A DNA stretch of 64,000 nt, from positions 3,168,151-3,232,150 of the forward strand of contig MU054001.1 of the NCBI GenBank assembly GCA_013239625.1, given 5' to 3'. The notes beneath the pieces are model-generated. The model had not been told where the DNA came from, ran no database searches, and was given only the letters and a program-made list of their open reading frames with translations. Positions 38,195-50,272 of this stretch are shown here, piece by piece; the first letter of the stretch is position 1; each line of letters opens with the position of its first letter. Position numbers and translations under genes: made by a program. This DNA is from Lama guanicoe. Taxonomy: Eukaryota.

Positions 38195-41100
38195 AAAAGG
38201 CCATTTCATCATTGCTTCAAACCATCTGCTTCAGGATGGGAAAAAACATAGTAAGACCAGTGAATTCCATGAGCATGGTCCATTGCTACATTTCTCTCAC
38301 TGGGAACTGAGTTCTCTGATCAGAAATAATGCCATGTGGAATACCATGATGGTGGGTAGGCATTCTATTAGTCCATGGATGGTAGTTTTAGCAGAAGCAT
38401 TGTGTTCAGGGAAGGCAAATCCATATCCTGTAAGAACACAATGCTGTCCTTTCCATGATGGAAGTGGTCTGTGTAATCAGCCTGTCACCAAGTAGCAGGT
38501 AGCTGCTGGTCACCCTGGAGAACAATGCCACATCAGGGACTTTGTGTTGGTCTCTGCTGATGGCAGGTTGGACACTCTGCAGTGGCTGGAGCCAGGTTGG
38601 CCTTGGTGAGTAGAAGCCCATGTTGCTGAGCCCAGAAATAACCTCCATATCTGTCACCATGGTCACTTTGTTCATGGGTGATGACATGGGTGGCTTGGAA
38701 AAAGGCTGACTTGTATTCACAGAATGGGTCACCCTGGCCGTATTCGCAGAATGGGTCATCCTGGCCACTTGATTATTAAAATCCTCATCTGCTAAGGGCA
38801 TCCTTTGGTAAGTACGTACATGGGACACAAGCATCTTCATGTTTTTGCCCATTCAGAGCCCCATCCACATAACTCATCCCCAATGTCCTTGTCACCAATT
38901 CTCCAATTATTTTTCTTCCAAATCCTGAGCATCCAGCCGAACGAACCATTGCTCCACAGACCATGAATCAGTCTAAAATTGCACCTCTGGCCATTTTTTC
39001 TTCCAAGAAAAGTGAGCAGCCAGGCACACTGCTCACGGTTCTACCCACTGGGGGGATTTCCTTCCCCACCCTGAGAGGGGTCTGAGAAAGGGGCTGCAGT
39101 GCTTTAGCTGTTCACAGTCAGGAGTTGCCTGCATATCATGCAGGACCATGTACTGACCAAGCCTGAGTCTTCTCTTCCTCTGTCAACCGATCAGTGATTG
39201 TAGGGAACTCACCGCAGGGCCATTGGTGCAGGCTGGGAGAGAGCAGGCGATGCAGCAGGAGCAGAGGCCAGGGGCATTTGGGGCATTTGGACCACTTGTT
39301 CATGTGACTTACTTGTGCCTTCAGGGTCTTTTCAGGCAGGATCACTATACAGCATTCCCATTTGGTGATGCAGTGTCCTGTACATACCCAATTGATGGCT
39401 TGATGGGGCAGGTGACACCCAGTTCATAGTGGGTGGCTCAGGTCATGTGGCAATCTGGTGGCACATGGTTAAGGATTTAGTCTCTACTAAGGCCCAGTAC
39501 TAGGCCAAGAGCTGTTTCTCGAAAGAGGACTCGCTAGTTAGCCACAAAGGATGGAGGGCTTTGCTCTCCAAACCCTAAGGGCCTGCACTGTGATTCACCT
39601 GTAGGGACCAACCACAGGCTCCAGACATCATCCCTATGTGCCACTCCTGCTCCCATCAGATCTGCTAGATCACAGGGTCCAAGTGGCAGAACAGCCACAC
39701 TGCAGCCTGGACCTTTGCAGAACCTTCCCTTGTTCTGGGCCCCACTCAAAACTGGCATCTTTCTGGATGATTTGGTAAATGGGCCAGAGTAACACACCCA
39801 AAAGAGGAATACATTGCCTCCAAAATCCCAAGAGGCCCAACCTGCCTCTTCCTTGGTCTTCGAGGGAGCTGGGTGCAGCAACTTATCCTTTACCATAGAA
39901 GAGACATCTTGATGCCCCCCACACTGAACCCCCTAGACATCTCACTGAAATAGAAGGCACCTGAATTTTAACCTACCACACAAACGTCTTACCAGTAAGT
40001 CTTGAGTAGTTGCTACTTCTTGCTTACTAGATCCAGTTGGCATCATGCCATTGGTGTAATGGACCAGGGTGATATCTCACAGAAGGGACAGGCCATCCCG
40101 ATCTCTGAGAACTGAATCACGACATAGGTAGGTCTGAAGAGTTGATAGGATCCCAAGATAAGACGGCTGAAAGCAGAGTGCTTTTGGTGGGTCTTACATA
40201 CAGGGGTGGAGAAAAGGGCACTTGCCAGGTTAATCGCTACACGTCAGGTTCCAGGTTACGTGTCAATTTGCTCAAGTGATTAAACCACATCTGGCACAAC
40301 CCCTGCAACTGGCACCACCAGCTGGTTCACCTTAAAACCATCCACTGTGACTCTTCAAGATCCAGTTGTCTTCTGCGCAGGCCAAATGGACAAGTTGAAT
40401 GGGGACATGTTGGGGATCACCACCAATGCCACCACCATCTTTCTGTCTGTGATGGTGGCCCTAATTTCTGCAGTCCCTCCAGAAATGTGGCATGGCTTTT
40501 GGTTTACTATCTTCCTAGGTTGAAGCAGGTCTAGTGCCTTCCACCTGGCCTTTTCCACCATAATCGACCTCACTCCACAGGTCAGGGAACAAGGTGGGAA
40601 CGCTGCCTGCTGCTGCTGGTGAGTTTGTCTGTTCTAATTATGGATTTTGGAACTGGGGAAGCGACCACAGGATGCATCCAGGGACCCAGTGGGCCCACTG
40701 TGAGATGGGCCTGAGCTAAAACTTTGTTGATCATCTGACCTCCATGAGCCCCTACTCTCGTGAGGGACCACAGTGACGTTTTGGGTCTCCTGGAATCAGT
40801 GTCAGTTCAGAGCCAGTGTCCAGCGGTCTCCAAAAGGTCTGATCATTTCCTTTTCCCCACTACACACTTAGCCTGGTAAGGGGCCATGGGTCCTTTTGGA
40901 GAAGGATGGGAGAAAGGATAGCAGATAATTTTTGTTAGGATACTGGGGTCCTTCCTCCAGGAGACTCAGCCTCCTCTTCATTTGAGAGGTTCTAGGTCTA
41001 TCAACTGGCTTAAGCCTAGGGACTGATGGAGGGGCCGTGACTCTGTTATTATAGTTCAGGTTAGACTTTTGTTCTCTTGACCTAGAACTCCTCTGCTTAG

Positions 41101-42330
41101 ACAGCTCAATTAAGAATTTGGTAGGCTCCCTATTTCACATCTTGAAATATCATGGTTGACTAGCTAACATCATAGTTCTGCGGGAGTGGGGCTACTCTGA
41201 CGGCTGCTCTGACTCTGGTGTCCATTATGGTAAGCGTGCCCACCTTGCCTTTGGCAGCTGAGTGTCACCAGTTGGCCCCTCCACTGGAGGAGCCAATTAC
41301 TCCCACAACACGTAGCTTTTCCAGTTCAGCAACTGCAGTACATATGGTTCAGGTCTGGCCTCCAGAGAAGAATGACCACAGAGCTCTCCATGGATGCTGG
41401 GGTCCCCCCGACAAACGCATCTCTCAGAGTTGTGGTGAACAGCAGGTCTGCTGTAGTCTGAGCTCCTCAGGCTGATCCCTTGCCAGGCTCAGTCTCACCC
41501 CCAGGCCTTCACTTGCCATTCCTTCAGGAATCTCTGCCCTCTGCTTCTCGGCTTAGCCGAATCCTCTTCATCCATGCTACCAGTTTGACTGAGGAACTAA
41601 CAGGAGATGCTAATGCCTCTGTCTTTCATCCTCTGTTTGTGTCTCCCTAACGCACTTGGGTCCTCTTGTCTGGTCTCCCCTCCTCCTTGAAGGTAGCGAT
41701 CCTGTTGGGTTTACTATATTGCTGTACCTGGAGGTCACAAGATACCATAACCTGCCATATAGGAAGACTAAATTTTGAGAGCAGAGGGCAGATCAGCCCC
41801 AGTCTCGCTCCTGACCCCCTCCCAGAAGCGGAAACGGGCAGGTCTTAGGGCGCCCCCTCCACTGCGCTCCCCCCAGGGAAGCAGAGCTGACTGTGGGCTC
41901 CCTTGGTCTCCTTCCATCCTATGAAACATGCATTTTCTGTTCCTGGCTTAATGGTGCAGCTCTGATACAGCAGGATTACACATGTGCTGCTGTGAAATGT
42001 GAAATCAGAGCCAGGCGGGACCTCCCCTGAGAAAGGCTGCCTATAAATCGTAAAAGCCTTAAATGAATAGCTTAGAGGCACAGGGTTGCCTTGGGTTAGG
42101 GTTAATTGGGTCGGGTACAAAGAGTTTTATGTTCATAACTTACTGTCCATCCAGCCTCTTCCTGGTTTTCTGAAAGTTACTTTGCTCCAGGACCAATTTG
42201 GGTTTGCTTTGCTGACAATGATTGGTTTGAAGCTGAACTCTTTTCAGCTGCTGGAAACTTGTAACGTGCTCAGTATCTGCTAGGTTTTCTCTCTCTGATG
42301 CTGCCATTTCAGATGCATCGAAATGGAGTT
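38195..42330 (-). mobile_element. Degraded ERV-L (HERVL/ERVL-E-like) internal region: gag, protease, RT, RNase H, start of integrase
   Basis: Protease motif LDTGSELTLIPG (~40790-40825). RT start WKALDLLQPRKIVNQK...SPFNLSIWPAQKTTGS (ORF 40355-40573). Decayed YIDD as LVHYTNGMM (~40040-40070). VKDKLLHPAPSKTKEEA (ORF 39534-39896). RNaseH/IN LVSHV...EDFNNQVARMT (ORF 38406-38852). Many stops and frameshifts; the gag-side boundary is approximate. Confidence 0.9.
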
Positions 42331-42509
42331 TGAGGTTTTCGGGGTTTGTTTAAATCCTTCTTCTCAATGCAGAGTATTGCCTCTAACTTACTGTTTTCAC
42401 TCTGCTCTTTATAAACCTTCAAAACAGCTTTTTTTTTTTTTTGGTCTTTTCTGACTATCTATTCTCTAGCACATCCTCTGCTAAGACTCCCATGTTTGGA
42501 TGTCAGGGT

Positions 42510-42950
42510 TAAGCTTGAAGCTGAAGTCCGAGCTCTAAGAGCCCAGACTCCATGTTCACCGAGACTCGAGGGCAAAGGCCAGCTCTGTCATGACTATTTC
42601 TGTGGCTTGAGACCAACCATTTCACTGTGCTGAGCCTCAGCTTCCTCTCTGGCTGGATGGTTCTGACAACCAGTCATGGCTTTTGTGAAAATGCAATGAG
42701 GTGACACATACAAAGCGCATGCTTATGTGGCTCCGTGTTCGAAAGTATTGGAAGTACCCTGTCAGGGTTCAAATCCCAGCCTCAGCTGGGGCAGAAGTTC
42801 TCTGTGCCTTGGTTTCCTGAGTTGTGAAGGGGAACCCATAATCGCCTTTCCATGCTGGATTATCATCAGGATTAAATGAGCCAATATGTAGGGAATGCTC
42901 ACAGCCATGCCTGGCAAATCACAAGCAATCAAAACAGGGTTAGCTATTAA
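42510..42950 (+). mobile_element. Two adjacent MIR SINEs
   Basis: ctgagcctcagcttcctc and gggttcaaatcccagc...ctgtgccttggtttcct...aggattaaatgag. Confidence 0.7.
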
Positions 42951-45429
42951 GATTATAGAAAAGCAGTCAAAGAAGTTCTCCCAGCTGCAAAGCTGTCACT
43001 TTCTAAATAACCTGCTCATCATAAAATCCACTTTTCTCTGGAAATAAAACATCCACCTGTTGTTCTAATCTCTCCAGTTTTCCGTCCTGCTACAAGGGCA
43101 GCTCACCCGGGCATCCAGAAGGAACAGTGGGAGGCAGTACAGAATGAAACCCTATGAAATGTCAAAATGGAGCTGTAGGTTTACCCCATCCACTGCTTTA
43201 TGTTCAGAGACTGCATATAATCACAGCCTAGACTGGATGAAAACAAAAAAAAAGAAAGAAAAGAAAAGAAAGACAGGACCATCATGCCCTCTCAATACAG
43301 CTAAAAAGTCTCTTATTTGCAACTGAGACTACTGGCTGGTGAAAGAGCAAAGAATGAGGAAATGTCACACAGAGAAAGAAAAGTTAGACATCCCAGCACC
43401 CTGGGAGAAAAGACTGAAGCGTTTCTGCCTCTGACCTGCCAAGCCCTGACTCCTGTGCATTTCCTGTTCTGGGAGATACCCTGGTTCCTTTCAGTCCTAT
43501 CTACATTGTGCTTGAGCCGGTCTAAGTAGAGTTCTTGAAAGCAAAGAGTCTTGACGAAACCAGTGTCCAACATAAATGTGTTGGGTAAGATGGGATGGCA
43601 TCTCTTAAATCCCTATAAGACATTAGAGCTACTCATGCATTGATCAATACTTGGTCAGTGAATGGTGGACACCAGCACCATCACACACGGGTGTATCCAC
43701 AAAGACAGAATGAGGCCAAACTCACAGGTACGAGGACGTGTCGAGAATTCTCCACACCAAAAATCCTACGGCAAGACAGGATCTTTTTCTTGCTTACGCT
43801 GACAGACTTAATCATTCTCATTAGTTCTAGCTCAGCTACATGTTTAAATGGAGTTGGTGAGTGAGGGGTTAAGCTAGGAGACAACACAAAGTGCCCGAGT
43901 TTATAAACATTTAATTTCTTGGAATTCGTCCCTCATTCCTCCAAACTGGAAGTGATATTTGTTGGAGAGAAGCCCTGGGAGGGCAGAGTCCCAGGATTAG
44001 CCCCCAGCATGAGTCACACCCTAGAAATGACTCAGGGAGAGGACAGCAGGACACAGCGGGAAGATCACCGCCCCGTGTGGGGGACCTCCTGGCTTCCACG
44101 AAGCGGTCCTTCAACACTCTCACCATGGAGCGTGGAGTGCATCACTCATTCTCTCTGATTTTGCATCTCCATCTCTCACATGAGGGCTGGCTCTTCTCAC
44201 GTGTCTGAGCCTCAGACCCCGTCAAAGCCTGGGATGTGCCTGGACTGAACGGGGTCAGATGCAACAAGTTGAGTGTGTAGTAGCTGAGAGATCCCTCTGA
44301 TTTCTTAAAGCCTCCTCCAACTTGTTGCCATGTCCTAAAACAAGCAGCTCAGATGAGACTTTGCTCAGGTCCGATGCCTGGGAGACCGTCAGCTGGAGCT
44401 GAAGTGGGAGAAAGTGCAGTTGGGTGCAGCCTCACAGGCTGACAATAGTCTTACAATCTGCAGAGATTCTGCCACTTTCTGTCTTCTTCCTTAGAGACAG
44501 AGGATTGAGACGGCCGTTTTCAGGATTCAAAAGTCCCATTTCTCAGTGTGTAATTGCTCATGATAGCTTTAAATTTAGATGAGCATGGATTCTAATCCTG
44601 AACCGTAACTCTAGCCCTTTGAGTCATCTGATTTTGGATGGTGATTTCATCTCCCCAAGCCTCGATTTCCTAGTGCCATGGGGATATTGGTGACACTTGC
44701 CTCAGAGGGCTGTAAAGGGAGACAATTTATGCAATTTACTCCCCTGACTTGCCCAGCATTAAAGCTCAGTGCACGCCAACCGACACAACACCTCCTTCTG
44801 ATGCTAACAAGGTCTCCTGCTGAACCCACCGCAGCCTCAGAATGAGACAGCCAGAGGCTGCTTGGCTTGGGACCTTGGCTTTTGCTGGAAAGGGAACACC
44901 TTCTCCTGACTCAGAAACAACCAACACACACTCCTAAGACCCGTGATTTGAGTCATGGGAAGAGACACCGAAACTACTGCATTGTTTATCTCCAAGCCCT
45001 TATGCAATATTTTTCCCACTATTTTTAAGCCTTCTGTCCCCTTCCCCTCCCACCCTTCCCTTTCCCCTACTTCAACCCTCTACAGCCCAGCTCCTGGTTC
45101 AATTCAGCTATTTCAGTTTGGGGTCAAACGGTCTAGACAGGAACCAAAAAATGCATAGTCTGCATGCTGGTCTCACAATTATTCCCAGCAGAGCAGAGGG
45201 ACACGGGACCGATGGAGAGAGGAACTTAGGTTCAGTGACAACCCAGCATAGTGCTCAATCAATTGTCAGAATGCAGTATTATGATGACATTTAGCTGCTC
45301 ACACCCTTGGCTTTTCTCTTCTTGGCTTTTATCCATTCTTAAGAGAACATTCTGGAAACCACAGCCAATCTTTTGGCTACCCCAGAACAAAATAGGAAAG
45401 ACAGTCTGGTGGATTCTGGGGGGGCTTCT

Positions 45430-45750
45430 CCAGCCCTTGACATAGTTTCGTCACACACTGGCCCATCCGTTAGCCTCAGCTGTGTAACCCATGACCACCA
45501 AATCTTGGTGGCATAGAGCAAGAAGCACTTCTTTGGCTCCCGTGCCTGTGGGTTGGCCAATCTCAACCACTTCCTGCCACAAGGGAGGTCATCTGTGCAT
45601 GACCTTCTTACATGATGGTGGATGTGCAAGGCTACCTACCCGAACATACAAACCCATCCTGTTCCTGCCCCATGTCCCGTCTGGTCGGATCTCGTGGGCT
45701 GAAACAAGTCAGGTGACCATGTCCGAGGTCAAAGGTGAACGAGTATATTC
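45430..45750 (-). mobile_element. MaLR MLT1 LTR fragment
   Basis: cagctgtgtaac...ctcgtgggctgaaacaagtcaggtgaccatgtccgaggtcaaaggtgaacgagtatattcctccc. Confidence 0.5.
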
Positions 45751-47402
45751 CTCCCATGAAAGTGTGGGAGAGACGGTGGCAAATTCTGAAAAGAAATGAT
45801 TTAATCCACCAACACACTTCAAATTCCGTCCTGAAAGATGGAACCCCTGCACGCATGTCTGAAACGCTCATAGGTGCCACCTTGTGGGGTAGATACAGAA
45901 AGGGGGAAATGGCCCTTATCCCTCCGTCAGCTGGAGGAAGACTTTCTCTACACCTCAGCGCTGACATCTTGTTTTCTGTCTCCCACCAGCTGCTTAATAA
46001 TCTCCTGCTGTTGCGTAAATGGGCATTTCCCATCTCTTGCTAAACTGAGAATGTTACATGATGGCATCCCAGCCTCCTACTGCTTTTGCGTTTTGGTGAG
46101 AGCTCCTCATGCCTTTCAAGACATGGCTCATTTTTTCTCTTCTTGGATGGTTCCCCCAACAACTCCATGCTGCCACTGCCCCACTTCCGTGCCTCTGCTC
46201 CACCCTTTGCAGACGCTACCATGGTGTTTGTCATGCAGCTAGGATCCCTGTTGGCTCATCAGCCCAGGAGATTAGTGTTTCTGAAGGCGTAGCTAGTGTG
46301 TCTGCTGGGTCAGAAGTTCCAGGGTGCATGTTCCTAGGCTCCACCATCAACAGTCAAATACAAAAACTTTGATGGTGGGAGTGGTGCCAATCAGACAGAC
46401 CACTACCTGCAGCACGAGCGAGGGACACCAGAACCCCCAGCTCTGCGAGGCAGCGTTCTTATGTTTGCTGACTTGGGGGGAGACCCGACGGATCCTGGGT
46501 GAGAGGCCAGAGCGGTTAGAATTAGGAGGAAGAGTTCCCAGGAGGATTGGGAAATTCGGTATTTATCCACAAAGTTTTTATTATTCTGACAGTCAGCTCA
46601 GCTGTCCTGATGTGTTTCACTTGAGCCGGCCATGATAGCACTAGTCTTATTAATCATGGTTCCCAGGATTAAGGAAATATGGGGATTCTCAGGAATCCAC
46701 ATTTTCAATAAGCTTCCTGGGTGCTGTAGAAGCACATTAAAATTCCAGAGCCATTGAACTTGTGCGTCAGCTCCTTGGAGATGGAGGTTACCCTTTTCAC
46801 GTCTGAAGTCCCATCCACAGTTTAACACACAGCTGTTCTATCTAGGACATGAGCTCTCACAGAACAGCCCATCATGGCTGGTTCGTCCTGTCAGGACACT
46901 CAATTTTAGGTTCTGTTCAACAATTTAACTGGCTACGTTCCCCATTTTCTCAGTGCTAATTTCCAGTGGAGACTCCAGCTCATCTTTTAGAATTAGGTAA
47001 CACATGTCAAGATGGTTGACCTATTGAATGAGATTGCTTGGCGGTCAGGCAAATGGAAGGAGGAGGCAGAAAGAATAAAGAAGAAATTCCATTTGTTTTC
47101 TGTAAGGATGTTGCTGAAGATTTTTTTTTCATCCCATGGCATCTTCTTTATGAGGAAAAAAAATTAAAATAATATGTTTTCTTCTTTGGCCTTTTATCCC
47201 AGGAATTATACTTATTGTGAGCAGTGGGATTTTGTTTTCAATTTTGACAGACACCAAAAGTCATGCAGATATCTTAATACACATAAACCTTTTTGCATTC
47301 ACTGCTGGAAACCTAGGAGTAACAATTATGACCTGCCTTTAGAAAGTGCCCACCTAGTTGTAGTTTGATGAGGACATGATTCCTAGCTGATGAATTGTGA
47401 AG

Positions 47403-48618
47403 TTTTTGTTTTGTGTTGTTTTGCTTTTAAGTGTTCCATCGTTATCAGAAAAGCAACCCAAAAAAGGACTCTCTGCCACAGGGCCACCTCTGGACCCACC
47501 CAGGCAGAGCCCGTCCCACAGAACCTGGACACGGCCACCTGGGCTGGGGACCGGCACATTTACAAAGTCAACACTTCATAATGAAGGATGGGGGCCTGCT
47601 GAGCTCACAGGACCCACCACCTGTGCATGGCCCATGGGCCTGTGGTGGGGATGCCCCACCGTGTGGGCAGGAGGGCCCCTGGCAGGAGGGCGCTGGGTGG
47701 GGTGCATGGGGAGCAGCCCCTCAGATGTCCATGTAGTCATCATCCTCGTCTGTCTGGCTTTCCAGTGAGGACTCCTGGCTCGACATCTCCAGGACCTCCA
47801 GGGCCGGCTGGCACAGGCTCTCCTTCCTCATGTTGGTAGCCGACTGGGCAGATAGGAGGGCCGACTTCAGCTTGGTCTCCTCCAAGATAGTGCCTTTGGG
47901 TGAGTGACCTCGGGGGGACACTTGGTGGCAGCCAAGGGGATGACCAGCTTAGGCATGTTGGGCCGGAAGTGCGACTTGGCCTGGCCGGGCTCTGCCTTGC
48001 CCAGGTGGCACTCGGGTGGCTGGGCACTCCCATCTCTGGGCACCTTGGAGCTGGCACCCTGGCTGCAGGTGGGCTCGGTGCCTGTCTGGGGAATGGCTTC
48101 TGCTGGCCAGCAGTGTGGCTCTGCCGGCGGGGGGAGCCTCAGGGGCCGTCTTCCCCTGCTCGCTGCACCATGGCTTCTGGGACTGGAAGCCTGTACCCTC
48201 TGCCCGTCCTGCCAGCTCTTCTCCTTCTGGGCCCAGAGAGGCCGTGCTGAGGGTGGCCTCAGGCCTGTGTGGCCATGGGGTCCCTGGGTCCTTGGATGGG
48301 TCTGGGGTGGCGGCTGATGCCGAGGGAGGACCGGTGATGACAGCCGAGGCAGGAGGCGGCTCAGGATGAGGCTTGGTGTGGGCGTCACTGGGCCACTGGA
48401 GAGCTGTTGGCTGGCACAGGGTCAGAGGCCGTGAGGGTCACTGCTGCAGGAAAGAAGTTCTTCCCACTGTCCTTGGGGTGCTTTGGGGTGGTGGGTGTGT
48501 CCCCTGCAGCCTGCCTCCTTGTCCACCTGCTTGATGGGCATGTATGTCTGGGACATGAGCCTCCCGATGCAGCCCAGGTGGTAGCCACGCCCTTCTGGCC
48601 CTGCTGCCGCACCAGGCA
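47403..48618 (-). pseudogene. CABIN1: Processed, 5'-truncated pseudogene of calcineurin-binding protein CABIN1 (C-terminal coding part, 3'UTR and degraded poly(A))
   Basis: Minus-strand frames read QQGQKGVA / [24 protein letters not shown] / [19 protein letters not shown] / [11 protein letters not shown]...EPTCSQ / ASSK...[18 protein letters not shown] / [60 protein letters not shown]. This matches the remembered human CABIN1 C-terminus (...[17 protein letters not shown]). It has several frameshifts, no introns, a stop at 47721-47723, a GC-rich 3'UTR, and an A-rich tail (T-rich on + at ~47403-47428). Confidence 0.95.
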
Positions 48619-48880
48619 GTTTTGAGCTGAAGCAACTAGTTGTCGGTTTGAGACCCTCCAGAGCTCTCTTTCCCTCTGTTAAAACAACATTTGAGAAGGC
48701 AGTTGCTCTGTCATTCTGAGTCCTGAAGTGTGAAGAGTGAGGAGCAGAGCCTCTGGCCACCCCTCAGTGGACTTAAACCAAAGTGAGAAATAAACTTTTG
48801 TTTGGTTAAATCATGAAGATCTTAGTTTTTATTATTATTGTTGTTATTGCAGCAAAACTTAACCTATCCTACCTGATTCC
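48619..48880 (+). mobile_element. MLT1 LTR 3' part; its 5' part (~47340-47400) is separated by the CABIN1 retrocopy
   Basis: gtgagaaataaacttttgtttggttaa...ttgcagcaaaacttaacctatcctacctga. Joining left gctgatgaattgtga to right gctgaag rebuilds the MLT1 caatgaaatgtgagcagaag motif. Confidence 0.65.
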
Positions 48881-50272
48881 TAGTTAATAAGTATCAAATC
48901 AAGGGTTTGGACCAGTGTGGCCTTTCTCCAGATCCCTTGCCATTACCTAATGTACAACAGAGATCATCAAAACCATCCACTGCACAGATAAATTCGAACA
49001 TAAGAATATAGATAAAAGTGCTTTGTAATCTGTAAACACTTTATAAACATTTTATGAAAGGAAGTAATATTGTCAAACTTAATGATACTGATACTGATCT
49101 GGCCTCCTTAACATGGCTCTGAGGTCTTTGGGGAAAGGAATTCTTGAGTATTTTGAGGTCTTACACACTCCTGGAGTATGTCTGCCTTATTATAGGACAT
49201 CTTACAAGTTCTTAAAGAATTCTTGTTGAATTGTATTTAATGGGTGATGCAGAGGATCAAGAAAATACTTTTGTGACACAGAAGCCCATTTTTTTTACTG
49301 GTCCTCATAATAATAGGACTTTGCCTGTTAAAACTTTGGGAGCAAGATTGCTTACCTTTGCAGAGGACAAAAACCAGGAGGTTTCTAGCAGCTAATGTTT
49401 AGTTCCTAAGGGAAGTGTCAGAGGGAGGCTGGAGGTCAGGATGGACTGTTCCAGACCCCAGGGAGGAGAGATGGAAGTAAATCATGAATATGATCACCAC
49501 TGAAGCTGAGAAAGAGCCTATTAATGTCATGTAATCAATTTCAAAAAGATACAGTTGCACTTAGGGTATTTAAACCTTGGAGGTTGAAACTAAATCATAC
49601 TTGTCACATGCACACAGCATCACTAATGAGCTTATGTAAATATTTAATCTTCTCTATTTGCATTACTCAGCCCAGCCTATCGCACCAGCCTTTTCCCTAA
49701 TACCGGAATCCAGCCTCGTAGAACCACTCGGGTTTCTGGAACTCACCATGCTTTTTTATGCCTCCTACTTTCACATGTGCCTTTGCCTCTGAACTCCCAT
49801 CTTTCCCCCTCTTCCTACCCAGTAACCACCCACACATCCTTCAGGGCTCAGCTCAGACACATCCTTCCTGCTTCCTACTTTGGGAAACCTTGCCTGAACC
49901 TTCTACAACTTCCCATCCTAGTAGAATTTTTAGTTTCCTCGTCTATGCTCCCATTACACCTTGCTAACATTTCATAATCCTGAGTATTACACCTATCTGT
50001 TCAAAAAACATTTATGAAATCTTACTATGCACCAGTCAGTCATGGTGCCAGAGGCGGAGTATACAGAATTGAATAAGAAATTATACTTCTTTGTGAATTT
50101 ATTAACAGGAAGTGTCTCATTTTTTAACTCGCAAGCATCATGCAATTGTGGGCTTATAAACATAGAAATAGTTCTCTGCTGCCATATCTAATAAAGATGG
50201 GAAAAGTGGTGAGATTGAAAGAGAGTTCTAATGTAGTCAGAACTGTGTTCTCTTTCTATTTGTGTCCATATT

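Noticed and set aside
38406..40573. Domesticated retroviral gene
   Set aside because: Only short broken frames remain and the RT catalytic YIDD has decayed to YTNG.
41848..41868. CTCF-like gcgccccct in ERV-L gag
   Set aside because: Only the 3' half of the motif matches.
47721..48618. Functional CABIN1 last exons
   Set aside because: Multiple frameshifts, internal deletions, no introns, an A-tail, 5' truncation and insertion in an LTR all indicate a processed pseudogene.
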